64,000 nucleotides of DNA from Escherichia phage SF, in the sequence record MH359124; one strand, given 5' to 3'. Shown here piece after piece: positions 54,976 to 62,948 of the stretch. The notes below the pieces were generated by a model, which was not told the origin of the DNA, did not search any database, and saw nothing but the letters and a program-made list of their open reading frames with translations. The translations under genes were made by a program, and so were the position numbers. The first letter of the stretch is position 1. Each line of letters opens with the position of its first letter.

Positions 54976-55466
54976 TGATACATAAAATTCACTGGACAAA
55001 CATGGACGATGGCGACGAAGGTATTTCATATTATTCTATAGATTGGACAGGATGTCCATCCTACTTAGTGAAACATATTTGCCAAGAATTTAAAATCGAC
55101 CAGCCAGCAGGTATTATCGTGAACAGATACATTAATGGATATCAACCTATCGATGAAGTAATACGAACAACTCAAGCTGAGCTTGAAAGGTTTTTCAATA
55201 AGTGTCAATGGATAACAGGATGGATTATATTTGTACCGTCTATATGGTTTTTCAGTACTAAGGTGAGTTCTTTCGGTTTTGTTGATATTATTGCTATCTT
55301 ATTAGCATCTAGTATCATAAGTGTTGTTGGTGGCATCATTGGCGGCGGTACCGCCGCCATCATTATTAATCTTATTAAAAGTAGTTTACAAGAACATAAA
55401 GACAAGATAAAGGCCAAGAATAATGAAGTTGAACGTTTTATTACCGAATGCAGGAATTTGAGATGA
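54975..55466 (+). CDS. membrane protein with N-terminal soluble domain and 2 TM, ECR-family paralog
   Basis: C-terminus ERFITECRNLR; TM segments WIIFVPSIWFF and IIAILLASSIISVVGGIIGG; ATGA coupling. Confidence 0.65.
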   Translation: MIHKIHWTNMDDGDEGISYYSIDWTGCPSYLVKHICQEFKIDQPAGIIVNRYINGYQPIDEVIRTTQAELERFFNKCQWITGWIIFVPSIWFFSTKVSSFGFVDIIAILLASSIISVVGGIIGGGTAAIIINLIKSSLQEHKDKIKAKNNEVERFITECRNLR

Positions 55467-55699
55467 GTATAGCAATTTACATTAAATCAGAATCATGTGA
55501 TTCTTATCTGTACACATACGATAAAGATGTGTCAGAAGAAAAAATCAAAGACGACCTTAATATGGACCTTGATTTGTTCCGTCCTATTTCAGATTACAAA
55601 CTAGCATTCTCCGATAGCGAGCGTCCTGATAAAGAAACTCGCATTGAAGAATTTATGTCCGAATTAATGGCCAAATCATGGGACCGAGATGATGAGTAA
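55463..55699 (+). CDS. hypothetical acidic protein
   Basis: ATG 55463 with RBS AGGAA, overlapping the upstream stop; alternative start 55448. Confidence 0.5.
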   Translation: MSIAIYIKSESCDSYLYTYDKDVSEEKIKDDLNMDLDLFRPISDYKLAFSDSERPDKETRIEEFMSELMAKSWDRDDE

Positions 55700-56147
55700 G
55701 AAAAATAAAGTGAAAGAACTATCAGCCGGTATTATTTTCATGACAAAAGATAAAGAGTTATTCATGGGCCGTGTGACTGGTTCTCGTCCTAAAGGTTCTT
55801 TAACTCATCGGTGGGATATTCCTAAAGGCCGTGTCGAACCTGGCGAATCTCCTATTGAAGCCGCTATTCGTGAATGCGAAGAAGAAACTGGGTTTACACA
55901 ATATGACCCTGCCTTCCTGAAAGACCTAGGTGAACATCATTACTCAGACAATAAGAATATTCATCTGTTCCTATATACCATCCCTGTAGAGCACGAGCAA
56001 TTCAGAAACAGTGTTTGTAATTCCTATCATACATTCCCAGACGGACGACAGATTCCTGAATTTGATGCATTCGCTTTAATTAAACCTTCTCAATGGGAAT
56101 ATGTAATGGGCAAATCATTATATAAGGTGCTCACTACCCTCCTATAA
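55689..56147 (+). CDS. nudE: NudE Nudix hydrolase
   Basis: Nudix box GRVEPGESPIEAAIRECEEETGF; 152 aa; directly upstream of e, as T4 nudE (e.1). Confidence 0.88.
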   Translation: MMSKKNKVKELSAGIIFMTKDKELFMGRVTGSRPKGSLTHRWDIPKGRVEPGESPIEAAIRECEEETGFTQYDPAFLKDLGEHHYSDNKNIHLFLYTIPVEHEQFRNSVCNSYHTFPDGRQIPEFDAFALIKPSQWEYVMGKSLYKVLTTLL

Positions 56148-56181
56148 GTAATAAATACCTCCTATAAACGTGGGAGGTATT

Positions 56182-56670
56182 ATGAATATATTTGAAATGC
56201 TTCGTAATGACGAAGGTCTTAGACTGACTTTATACAAAGACACTGAAGGCTTTTGGACGATTGGCATAGGCCATTTAGTAGCAAAGAACCCATCTTTAGC
56301 CGTAGCTAAAGCTGAACTTGACAGAATGATCGGACGTAAATGCGACGGTACAATTACCCTTGATGAGGCTGAAAAGCTATTTAATGAAGACGTTGATAAA
56401 GCTGTTCGCGGAATCTTGGGTAATGCTAAACTTAAACCGGTATATGATTCTTTAGATGCAGTTCGTCGATGTGCGTTGGTCAATATGGTCTTCCAAATGG
56501 GTGTAGCAGGCGTCGCTGGTTTTACTAATTCTCTTCGTATGCTTCAACAGAAACGTTGGGACGAAGCGGCAGTAAATCTAGCCCAATCTAAATGGTATCG
56601 TCAGACACCTAATCGCGCGAAACGCGTAATCTCAACATTTAAAACAGGAACTTGGAAAGCGTATATATGA
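56182..56670 (+). CDS. e: lysozyme (endolysin e)
   Basis: [32 protein letters not shown]...[19 protein letters not shown]...[16 protein letters not shown], near-identical to T4 lysozyme; RBS GGGAGG. Confidence 0.97.
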   Translation: MNIFEMLRNDEGLRLTLYKDTEGFWTIGIGHLVAKNPSLAVAKAELDRMIGRKCDGTITLDEAEKLFNEDVDKAVRGILGNAKLKPVYDSLDAVRRCALVNMVFQMGVAGVAGFTNSLRMLQQKRWDEAAVNLAQSKWYRQTPNRAKRVISTFKTGTWKAYI

Positions 56671-56948
56671 AAACATATAGTGAATTTTTATCAGAATCTA
56701 TTCTTAACGAAGCTACTGACACCTTTGCAACTAAGCTAGGTGCAGCTTTGGTTGAAGCCGAAAGTCTATTAGCACGTATTTCTGAACTTGCTAGTAAGAT
56801 AGATACTCGCAAATTTGAACGTACAAGCGATATCGTTAAGCTTGAAGCCTTGTTGCGTATGTGCGATAAACCGGAAGAAATCGCCAAGAACGGTTCGCTG
56901 ATGAAACAACGTCTTGAAAAATATATTTCAGGCGCTTCAGAAAAATAG
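56667..56948 (+). CDS. internal-protein-like ([14 protein letters not shown]), 93 aa
   Basis: CTS leader; ATGA coupling to e; at the T4 ipIII position. Confidence 0.7.
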   Translation: MKTYSEFLSESILNEATDTFATKLGAALVEAESLLARISELASKIDTRKFERTSDIVKLEALLRMCDKPEEIAKNGSLMKQRLEKYISGASEK

Positions 56949-56949
56949 T

Positions 56950-56999
56950 GTTTACTTCCTCCAAGGGTTTTGATACTATACATTCATCAACTACTTGGA
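56950..56999 (+). promoter_or_regulatory. early promoter for denV with inverted repeat enclosing -10 and RBS
   Basis: GTTTACttCCTCCAAGggttttgaTACTATacattcatcaactaCTTGGAGGaa. Confidence 0.65.
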
Positions 57000-57006
57000 G
57001 GAAATT

Positions 57007-57420
57007 ATGACTCGTATCAATTTAACACTTGTTTCTGAACTGACCGACCAACATCTTATGGCTGAGTATCGTGAATTACCACGCGTATTTGGTGCAGTCC
57101 GTAAACATGTTCAAAACGGTAAACGTGTAAAGGATTTTAAAATCTCTCCAACATTTATCTTAGGCACAGGTCACGTAACATTCTTTTACGACAAACTCGA
57201 ATTTTTACGTTTACGTCAAATCGAGCTAATCGCTGAATGCTTGAAACGTGGTTTCAAAATCAAGGACACAACTGTCCAGGATATTTCCGACATCCCTGCC
57301 GAATTTCGTAATAATTATATCCCGACTGAAGCGTCCATTGCGATAAGTCAAGCACGCTTAGACGAAAAAATTGCCCAACGTCCTACTTGGTACAAATACT
57401 ATGGTAAATCAATTTACTAA
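57007..57420 (+). CDS. denV: DenV endonuclease V (pyrimidine dimer DNA glycosylase)
   Basis: [34 protein letters not shown]...[22 protein letters not shown], matching T4 DenV (138 aa); early promoter upstream. Confidence 0.95.
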   Translation: MTRINLTLVSELTDQHLMAEYRELPRVFGAVRKHVQNGKRVKDFKISPTFILGTGHVTFFYDKLEFLRLRQIELIAECLKRGFKIKDTTVQDISDIPAEFRNNYIPTEASIAISQARLDEKIAQRPTWYKYYGKSIY

Positions 57421-57451
57421 GGAAAAAGGTGGCGATGGTAAAGCTTAAACA

Positions 57452-57481
57452 GTTTACGCTTAAGTATTAATATGGTATAAT
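57452..57481 (+). promoter_or_regulatory. early promoter GTTTAC-18-TATAAT for the ipII-like gene
   Basis: aGTTTACgcttaagtattaatatggTATAATtac. Confidence 0.65.
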
Positions 57482-57511
57482 TACTCTATCAAAACAAACA
57501 AGGAAACAAAA

Positions 57512-57814
57512 ATGAAAACATATCAAGAATTTATTACCGAAGCGCGAGTGAGTGCAGGTAAATTAGAAGCCGCTATAAATAAAAAGGCCCATTCATTTCA
57601 CGATTTGTCCGATAAAGACCGTAAGAAACTTGTAAGCCTTTATATTGACAAAGAGCGTATTCTCGCTCTTCCTGGCGCTAATGAAGGTAAACAGGCCAAG
57701 CCTTTGAATGCTGTCGAAAAGAAAATTGATAACTTTGCTTCTAAATTCGGTATGTCTATGGATGACCTTCAGCAAGCGGCTATCGAAGCAGCTAAAGTAA
57801 TTAAAGGTAAATAA
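57512..57814 (+). CDS. ipII: internal protein (ipII-like, 100 aa)
   Basis: MKTYQEFITEA CTS; 100 aa matches T4 IPII length; early promoter upstream. Identity as IPII versus another IP is uncertain. Confidence 0.7.
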   Translation: MKTYQEFITEARVSAGKLEAAINKKAHSFHDLSDKDRKKLVSLYIDKERILALPGANEGKQAKPLNAVEKKIDNFASKFGMSMDDLQQAAIEAAKVIKGK

Positions 57815-57816
57815 CA

Positions 57817-57846
57817 GTTTACTTTCTCCTAGAATTGTGATAGTAT
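57817..57846 (+). promoter_or_regulatory. early promoter upstream of a long structured leader and IP gene 58086
   Basis: GTTTACtttctcctagaattgtgaTAGTATattc; transcript would traverse repeat copy A. Confidence 0.55.
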
Positions 57847-57984
57847 ATTCATAATTACTTGGAGAGGTAAAATGACTCAATGAAAAAATTTTAATGAAGC
57901 CACACTGGTATAAGTATTAAGGCAAAAATATTTACATTCAAATAACATGGGAACAAGCTGGACCTCATGATTCTATGAGGGATT

Positions 57985-58085
57985 CCCGCCAACCTGTAAT
58001 AAGGTCGAGCCCAAGTGCGGTAATGGGTAATACAGAAATGGACAATTCGCGTGCCATGGAATGGCACAAACCTAGAGAGAACAAA
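57985..58085 (+). repeat. direct repeat copy A (~100 bp) immediately upstream of IP gene 58086
   Basis: ccaacctgtaataaggtcgagc[c/g]caa..tgcggtaatgggt...cgtgcca.ggaatggc.caa...agagaa...aaATG shared with copy B; internal hairpin GTGCCA-tggaa-TGGCAC. Confidence 0.7.
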
Positions 58086-58415
58086 ATGAAAACATATCAA
58101 GAGTTTATCACTGAAGTTACATTATCTGCGGAACAGAAAGCTGCTATCGAAGAAGGTAAAAATCCCAAAGTAACATATAAAGTAAATAGTAAAGGCGTTT
58201 TTGATGGCTTGGTTCAAGACCCTGAATTGAAAAAAGCTCTTTCTAAAACTAATGCGTACTTTGCTCCTAAATTTAACACAGCCGGTGTACTTATTGGATT
58301 GGATGTATTCAACTCTAAAGGTGTTCTATCTAATGCCTTTGGTTATGCCGCTAACAAAATTACTAAAGCCGCATGGGAATCCAATACCAAACAAGCTCAA
58401 AAGCCTAGAGTATAA
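58086..58415 (+). CDS. internal-protein-like (CTS MKTYQEFITEV), 109 aa
   Basis: CTS leader at the internal ATG of ORF 57975..58415; flanked by paired ~100-bp direct repeats. Confidence 0.75.
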   Translation: MKTYQEFITEVTLSAEQKAAIEEGKNPKVTYKVNSKGVFDGLVQDPELKKALSKTNAYFAPKFNTAGVLIGLDVFNSKGVLSNAFGYAANKITKAAWESNTKQAQKPRV

Positions 58416-58475
58416 TTCTTGCCTAATAAAGGGAAACGCAACCTCTCCTTATGAACGTCGAGTCCTCTGAGTGAT

Positions 58476-58587
58476 GTACCTTTTCCAACCTGTAATAAGG
58501 TCGAGCGCAATGCGGTAATGGGTTTACATAGCGAGTCGAAGGACATAACACGTGCCACGGAATGGCCCAACCTAAAAGAGAAACTAA
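58476..58587 (+). repeat. direct repeat copy B (~110 bp) immediately upstream of ORF 58588
   Basis: Same motif as copy A with small indels; hairpin GCCA-cggaa-TGGC shows compensatory changes. Confidence 0.7.
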
Positions 58588-59127
58588 ATGAGAACATTTT
58601 TAACTGGACCTTATCTATCCCTGATGAATGCTTTTACACACCATTCTGATGCTAGAGTAGAAGAAATTTGTAAGAATGGTTATATCCCGCCATTTGAAGA
58701 CGTACTCAAGCAGTACTGTACACTTCGTTTAGACGGCGGCAGACAATCAGGTAAATCAACTGCAGTAACTAATTTTGCGGCTAATTGGCTGCACGACGGT
58801 GGAACAGTTATTGTTCTTTCTAATACTTCAGCTTATGCTAAAATTTCTGCTGGCAACATTAAAAAAGAATTTTCTCGTTATTCTAGCGATGATATTCGAT
58901 TCCGTTTATTTACTGATTCTGTCCGTAGTTTTATTGGCAATGAAGGTTCTAAATTCCGTGGATTAACGCTTTCTCGTATTCTGTATATAATTGACGAGCC
59001 TATTAAAGCTCCTGATATGGATAAGATTTACAATGTCCATATTAAATCAGTACAGCACTGCTGCAAAAGCAAATATTGCATCAGCGGTACTGCTCGTCCT
59101 CAATTTTTTGTGATTGGACTGCAATGA
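58588..59127 (+). CDS. P-loop NTPase (Walker A GGRQSGKST, Walker B ILYIIDE)
   Basis: 179-aa ORF with Walker motifs; at the T4 vs.8 position by synteny. Confidence 0.7.
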   Translation: MRTFLTGPYLSLMNAFTHHSDARVEEICKNGYIPPFEDVLKQYCTLRLDGGRQSGKSTAVTNFAANWLHDGGTVIVLSNTSAYAKISAGNIKKEFSRYSSDDIRFRLFTDSVRSFIGNEGSKFRGLTLSRILYIIDEPIKAPDMDKIYNVHIKSVQHCCKSKYCISGTARPQFFVIGLQ

Positions 59128-59432
59128 TGACCACTATTGAAGTTTTTGAGTATTGTTATAACAGCCCAGTATGCAATAAAAGGGCTCTTGTAGAAAATTA
59201 CGAGATTTACCATTTTAAACCTAAACGATACCGTTTGACTAAAGGTCCGTTCGCAGGGCAGCAGGTTCTTTGTACTGCTCCTAATGCACGGTTGATGACT
59301 AGTATTCCGCATTTCAAAATGGAATTTATTGATGGGCCATTTAAGGGATTAATCACTCAAAGTTTAATGGCGTTTAATTCCGACCCATTTTTGATTAAAG
59401 AAAAATCTTGGATAAATTTATTTTCTAATTGA
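59124..59432 (+). CDS. hypothetical Cys-containing protein
   Basis: ATGA coupling; 102 aa. Confidence 0.55.
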   Translation: MMTTIEVFEYCYNSPVCNKRALVENYEIYHFKPKRYRLTKGPFAGQQVLCTAPNARLMTSIPHFKMEFIDGPFKGLITQSLMAFNSDPFLIKEKSWINLFSN

Positions 59433-59438
59433 GGTTAT

Positions 59439-59801
59439 ATGAAAGCATATCAAATTCTTGAAGGTGCACATAAAGGCACTATTTATTTTGAAGACGGTAC
59501 TCAAGCCCGGATTATCGTCTCTAAGACTTTTAAAGAAGACGCTATTGTAGACCCGGAAATTTTCTACGGTTTGAATGCCCGTGAAATTGAAATTGAACAT
59601 CAACCTAAAGTTAAAATTGAAGGTGGTCAACACCTGAACGTTAACGTTCTGCGTCGTGAAACTTTGGAAGATGCAGTTAAGCATCCAGAAAAATATCCGC
59701 AGCTGACCATCCGTGTATCCGGTTATGCAGTTCGCTTTAACTCTCTGACTCCGGAACAGCAGCGCGACGTTATCGCTCGTACCTTTACTGAGAGTCTATA
59801 A
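59439..59801 (+). CDS. autonomous glycyl radical cofactor (GrcA/YfiD-like)
   Basis: C-terminal [59 protein letters not shown] carries the RVSGY glycyl-radical signature, matching E. coli GrcA and the T4 Y06I protein (from memory). Confidence 0.9.
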   Translation: MKAYQILEGAHKGTIYFEDGTQARIIVSKTFKEDAIVDPEIFYGLNAREIEIEHQPKVKIEGGQHLNVNVLRRETLEDAVKHPEKYPQLTIRVSGYAVRFNSLTPEQQRDVIARTFTESL

Positions 59802-60025
59802 TGGCTAAATTGATTATAGAAGGGTCTGAAGATGTTTTAAAATGTTTTGCCGCCTGGTTTAGTTGCTCAGGCGAGCAATCATTCATTGAAGCATTTAGAA
59901 CGTGTGATATTACTGGAAAATATCCGTCAACCGATATCACCGTACGCGGATATGGTATTAATGAGCCTATCCAATTGGTCGAATATGACCTTGCCACAGA
60001 TGAGGAAATTCCTTATGTCGATTGA
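59801..60025 (+). CDS. hypothetical protein
   Basis: 74-aa ORF, ATGA coupling to the GrcA-like gene. Confidence 0.55.
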   Translation: MAKLIIEGSEDVLKCFAAWFSCSGEQSFIEAFRTCDITGKYPSTDITVRGYGINEPIQLVEYDLATDEEIPYVD

Positions 60026-60281
60026 AGACATCAAAGGCTACAAGCCGCATACCGATGATAAAATCAGTAAAGTGAACGCTATTAAAGATGCAGAAGTCCG
60101 TCTTGGATTGTTGTTTGATGCTCTGATTGAAGAAGCATATATCTTGAAAGAAAATGAAACAGAGCAACAAACCAAAGAAGATATGGATGCAGTGCAGGCT
60201 CTTAAGTATGCTAAGCAACATCTAAAAGAGGCCAGCATGTGGGCATGTCGTGCAGTATTTCGACCTGAGGAAAAATACTAA
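60015..60281 (+). CDS. small protein at the T4 vs.4 position (candidate Acb2-like cyclic-nucleotide sponge; synteny only)
   Basis: ATG 60015 with RBS GAGGAA; 88 aa; third ORF upstream of regB as T4 vs.4. Functional call is positional inference. Confidence 0.5.
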   Translation: MSIEDIKGYKPHTDDKISKVNAIKDAEVRLGLLFDALIEEAYILKENETEQQTKEDMDAVQALKYAKQHLKEASMWACRAVFRPEEKY

Positions 60282-60496
60282 TGGCTTCTACTATTACCGG
60301 GTTATTAGACTTTCAAGAAAAGGTCAACAAAATTTGTAGTGAATACTTAAAGTATCTTGAAGAAGACCTTGAAGATTGTAAGGAAGAAGGCGAAGAAGAC
60401 TATGCTGACCAGCGTAGTCGCCAAATCGAAGAGATGAGGCATTTCGCCGATATGGTATCTAAAGAATCTTGGGCTTTAACTCCATTTTATCAATAA
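60281..60496 (+). CDS. hypothetical acidic protein
   Basis: 71-aa ORF, ATGA coupling. Confidence 0.55.
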   Translation: MASTITGLLDFQEKVNKICSEYLKYLEEDLEDCKEEGEEDYADQRSRQIEEMRHFADMVSKESWALTPFYQ

Positions 60497-60500
60497 AGTT

Positions 60501-60550
60501 GTTTACTTCTCCTCTAGATGTGTTACTATAGACCTGTCAACTAGAGGAGA
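60501..60550 (+). promoter_or_regulatory. early promoter for regB with inverted repeat CCTCTAG...CTAGAGG
   Basis: GTTTACttctCCTCTAGatgtgtTACTATagacctgtcaaCTAGAGGag. Confidence 0.65.
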
Positions 60551-60557
60551 AATCAAA

Positions 60558-61016
60558 ATGACTATCAATTCAGACGTTTTTATCCGCCGTAATAAACTCC
60601 GTCGAATCTTTGAAACGGAGTTCCGCAAAATAAATGCTGGTATAAAAGATGCTGCAAAGTCTCTTGGACTACCAGGCTTTCATATCAAGTATTCTCAACA
60701 TCTCTTAGATCGTGCTATCCAGAGAGAAATAGATGAGAATTACGTTTTTGAATTATTTCGTAAAGTAAAAAATCATGTTAAAGAAGTTGCAGAATTTTTA
60801 TCAATGCCTGCACGTCCAGATGTTGATGAAGATTTTGTCGAAGGTGTCGAATATCGCCCAGGCCGTTTAGAAATAACTGACGGAAATCTTTGGTTAGGAC
60901 TTACAGTTTGTCGCGAAAATCCGGCATTCAAAATGAAGACTCTCCAATGCAGAATGGCTATTATTAACAGTAAACGACTACCAGGAAAAGCTTCTAAAGC
61001 AGTGATTAAAATCTAG
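60558..61016 (+). CDS. regB: RegB site-specific endoribonuclease
   Basis: MTINSDVFIRRNKLRRIFETEFRKIN...HIKYSQHLLDRAIQREIDENYVFELF...GVEYRPGRLEITDGNLWLG...LQCRMAIINSKRLPGKASKAVIK matches T4 RegB; early promoter upstream. Confidence 0.93.
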   Translation: MTINSDVFIRRNKLRRIFETEFRKINAGIKDAAKSLGLPGFHIKYSQHLLDRAIQREIDENYVFELFRKVKNHVKEVAEFLSMPARPDVDEDFVEGVEYRPGRLEITDGNLWLGLTVCRENPAFKMKTLQCRMAIINSKRLPGKASKAVIKI

Positions 61017-61024
61017 AGGTAAAC

Positions 61025-61567
61025 ATGAGAAAAGCACTACTCGCTGGTCTATTTGCTCTTTCATTATCAGCACATAGCTCCGAGCATACTTTTAGTAATG
61101 TCCAACTCGATAACTTGAATTATGCTTATCAGTTTGGGGAACAGTTTTCTAAGGACGGAAAATTTAAAACGCATGAAAATATGCATAAGAAAGGACTTGG
61201 ATACATAATGGCCGCAATACTATGGCAGGAATCATCTGCCGGTATTAATCTTAAAGATAAGAAAGGTCACCATGCGTATGGAATGTTCCAAAATTATCTA
61301 CCAACAATGAAGGCAAGAATTAACCAGCTTGGTTATAATATGTCTGATGCCCAAATTAAGAAAATGCTATCTAAGCGGTCTAATTCAGCCAGATGGGCTT
61401 ATATCGAATTTTCTTATTGGTTAAATATACATAACGGGGATATAAGAAAAGCTATATCCTCATATAATGCGGGATGGAAGACAAGTGCTGGAAGTAAATA
61501 TGCTTCTGAAGTCCTAGAAAAGGCTAATTACCTTAAATCAAATAAACTACTGGAAATAAAAGAATGA
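61025..61567 (+). CDS. secreted lytic-transglycosylase-like protein (signal peptide plus SLT-type ES...GMFQ motif)
   Basis: N-terminal signal peptide MRKALLAGLFALSLSAHS; motif LWQESSAGINL...AYGMFQ; at the T4 vs.1 position. Confidence 0.65.
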   Translation: MRKALLAGLFALSLSAHSSEHTFSNVQLDNLNYAYQFGEQFSKDGKFKTHENMHKKGLGYIMAAILWQESSAGINLKDKKGHHAYGMFQNYLPTMKARINQLGYNMSDAQIKKMLSKRSNSARWAYIEFSYWLNIHNGDIRKAISSYNAGWKTSAGSKYASEVLEKANYLKSNKLLEIKE

Positions 61568-61911
61568 CCAAAATGTTGGCTTTAATAGTTGGCTTGGTTT
61601 CATTTAACACTCTTGCTAATACTACATATACTGATGTAACGGAGTATACAAACAGAACGGCGTCTGATTATTGTGGTAAAAGTCAAGAGTGTAAAGTAGA
61701 TTTTTCACAAAAATTGTTATATGCATATAAAGACGGAGAAAAAGATGGGGCGTCTAGTAGGTTCAAGGCGTCTACCTTAATTAAAAGATACTATAAAAAA
61801 TGGCAAATATTAGAATGCTCGGTGGCGGAACCTAAAGATAAGGCAGCATGCAATTCTATGGTGGACCGTCTAGTTGACTCTTATACTAGAGGACTTGCAG
61901 CAAGTGATTAA
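61564..61911 (+). CDS. 115-aa protein with hydrophobic N-terminus (size and position match T4 vs)
   Basis: Synteny (regB, vs.1, vs) and length 115 aa; no motif. Confidence 0.5.
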   Translation: MTKMLALIVGLVSFNTLANTTYTDVTEYTNRTASDYCGKSQECKVDFSQKLLYAYKDGEKDGASSRFKASTLIKRYYKKWQILECSVAEPKDKAACNSMVDRLVDSYTRGLAASD

Positions 61912-62371
61912 AAACTATATCAAGGGCGATATTGTCGCCCTGTTTTCTAAAGGTAATAATATCGCTCACGGGTGTAATTGTTTTCATACAATGGGCGCTG
62001 GTGTGGCAGGACAATTAGCAAAGGCTTATCCAAAAATTCTGGAAGCCGATAAACTTCAAACCGAATTCGGAGACGAGTCTAAACTCGGGACTTATTCGGT
62101 TTATGAAAAATATTTTAAGACACATAAAGCTTATTGCTTTAATCTTTATACACAGTTTGAGCCTGGACCTAATTTTGAGTACTCTGCTTTAATGAATTGT
62201 ATAATAGAATTAAATGAATTCGGAAAGAATAAGATAACAAAACCTGTAATTTATATGCCAAGAATTGGTGCAGGTATCGGTGGTGGAAACTGGGATGTCA
62301 TCGAAGAGATTTTAGATACGTATTCCACTAAACTAGAAATTGTGATTGTTGATTGGGAACCATTATTATGA
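61874..62371 (+). CDS. macro-domain-like protein (possible ADP-ribose-binding/processing fold)
   Basis: Gly-rich motifs GDIVALF...HGCNCFHTMGAGVAGQLAKAYP and MPRIGAGIGGGNWDVIEEIL; 165 aa. Start may be downstream; overlaps the upstream ORF by 38 nt. Confidence 0.55.
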   Translation: MTLILEDLQQVIKNYIKGDIVALFSKGNNIAHGCNCFHTMGAGVAGQLAKAYPKILEADKLQTEFGDESKLGTYSVYEKYFKTHKAYCFNLYTQFEPGPNFEYSALMNCIIELNEFGKNKITKPVIYMPRIGAGIGGGNWDVIEEILDTYSTKLEIVIVDWEPLL

Positions 62372-62580
62372 ATATACATTATCCACATCCATATGACCCA
62401 AAGAATAAGGCAGTAATTATTCGTCAATGGGAACGCATTTGTCGTACTAAATGTCCAATTAATAGTCCGCATGATGTAGATAAAGACTACATTGGAACAT
62501 TCGTTGAATATACCTTTATTGATAAGAAAGGTCGTAAACAACACGTAGAAGAATATTGCTTAAAGGTGACATGGTTATGA
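62368..62580 (+). CDS. hypothetical protein
   Basis: ATGA coupling; 70 aa. Confidence 0.5.
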   Translation: MNIHYPHPYDPKNKAVIIRQWERICRTKCPINSPHDVDKDYIGTFVEYTFIDKKGRKQHVEEYCLKVTWL

Positions 62581-62762
62581 GTTTAAGTAAAGAACAAAAA
62601 GACCGACTGTTTTCTCTTATTCATGAAGTTATGGATAAAAACAATGAATTGGAAAAAGTTTGTGATGAATGCGGTCCTTTTAATACCGATGAATATGAAG
62701 AACTGTGTAAAGATTTCGACGATAAAGAACAAGAACTTATTGATTATATAAATTCCTTATGA
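62571..62762 (+). CDS. small acidic protein, paralog pair member 1
   Basis: SKEQKDRLFSLIHEVMDKNNELE resembles TREQKNEIRFLISEIISLERDL of the next ORF. Confidence 0.5.
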   Translation: MVMSLSKEQKDRLFSLIHEVMDKNNELEKVCDECGPFNTDEYEELCKDFDDKEQELIDYINSL

Positions 62763-62947
62763 TTACTCGCGAACAAAAGAATGAAATACGATTTTTAATC
62801 AGCGAAATTATTAGTTTAGAACGAGATTTATCTTTTGAATTGGCTTCGGATTATGGAGATGCTGAAACATACTACGAATTAGTAAAATCTATCGATAAAG
62901 CTGAAAATGATTTAGAAACATATTTAGAAAATTTAACTAAGGACTAA
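62759..62947 (+). CDS. small acidic protein, paralog pair member 2
   Basis: ATGA coupling; similar to the upstream ORF. Confidence 0.5.
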   Translation: MITREQKNEIRFLISEIISLERDLSFELASDYGDAETYYELVKSIDKAENDLETYLENLTKD

Positions 62948-62948
62948 G

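Noticed and set aside
57870-57881. Three-codon ORF ATGACTCAATGA directly after the early promoter and RBS GGAGAGG
   Set aside because: Too short to call a gene; possibly a leader mini-ORF, but there is no evidence beyond the RBS.
57975-58085. N-terminal extension of ORF 57975..58415 (MRDSRQPVIRSS...)
   Set aside because: The extension runs through direct-repeat copy A with no RBS; the conserved MKTYQEFI leader and RBS place the true start at 58086.
57985-58587. CRISPR array
   Set aside because: Only two repeat copies, about 100 bp long, with a protein-coding gene between them; not CRISPR architecture. No other CRISPR-like arrays were seen.
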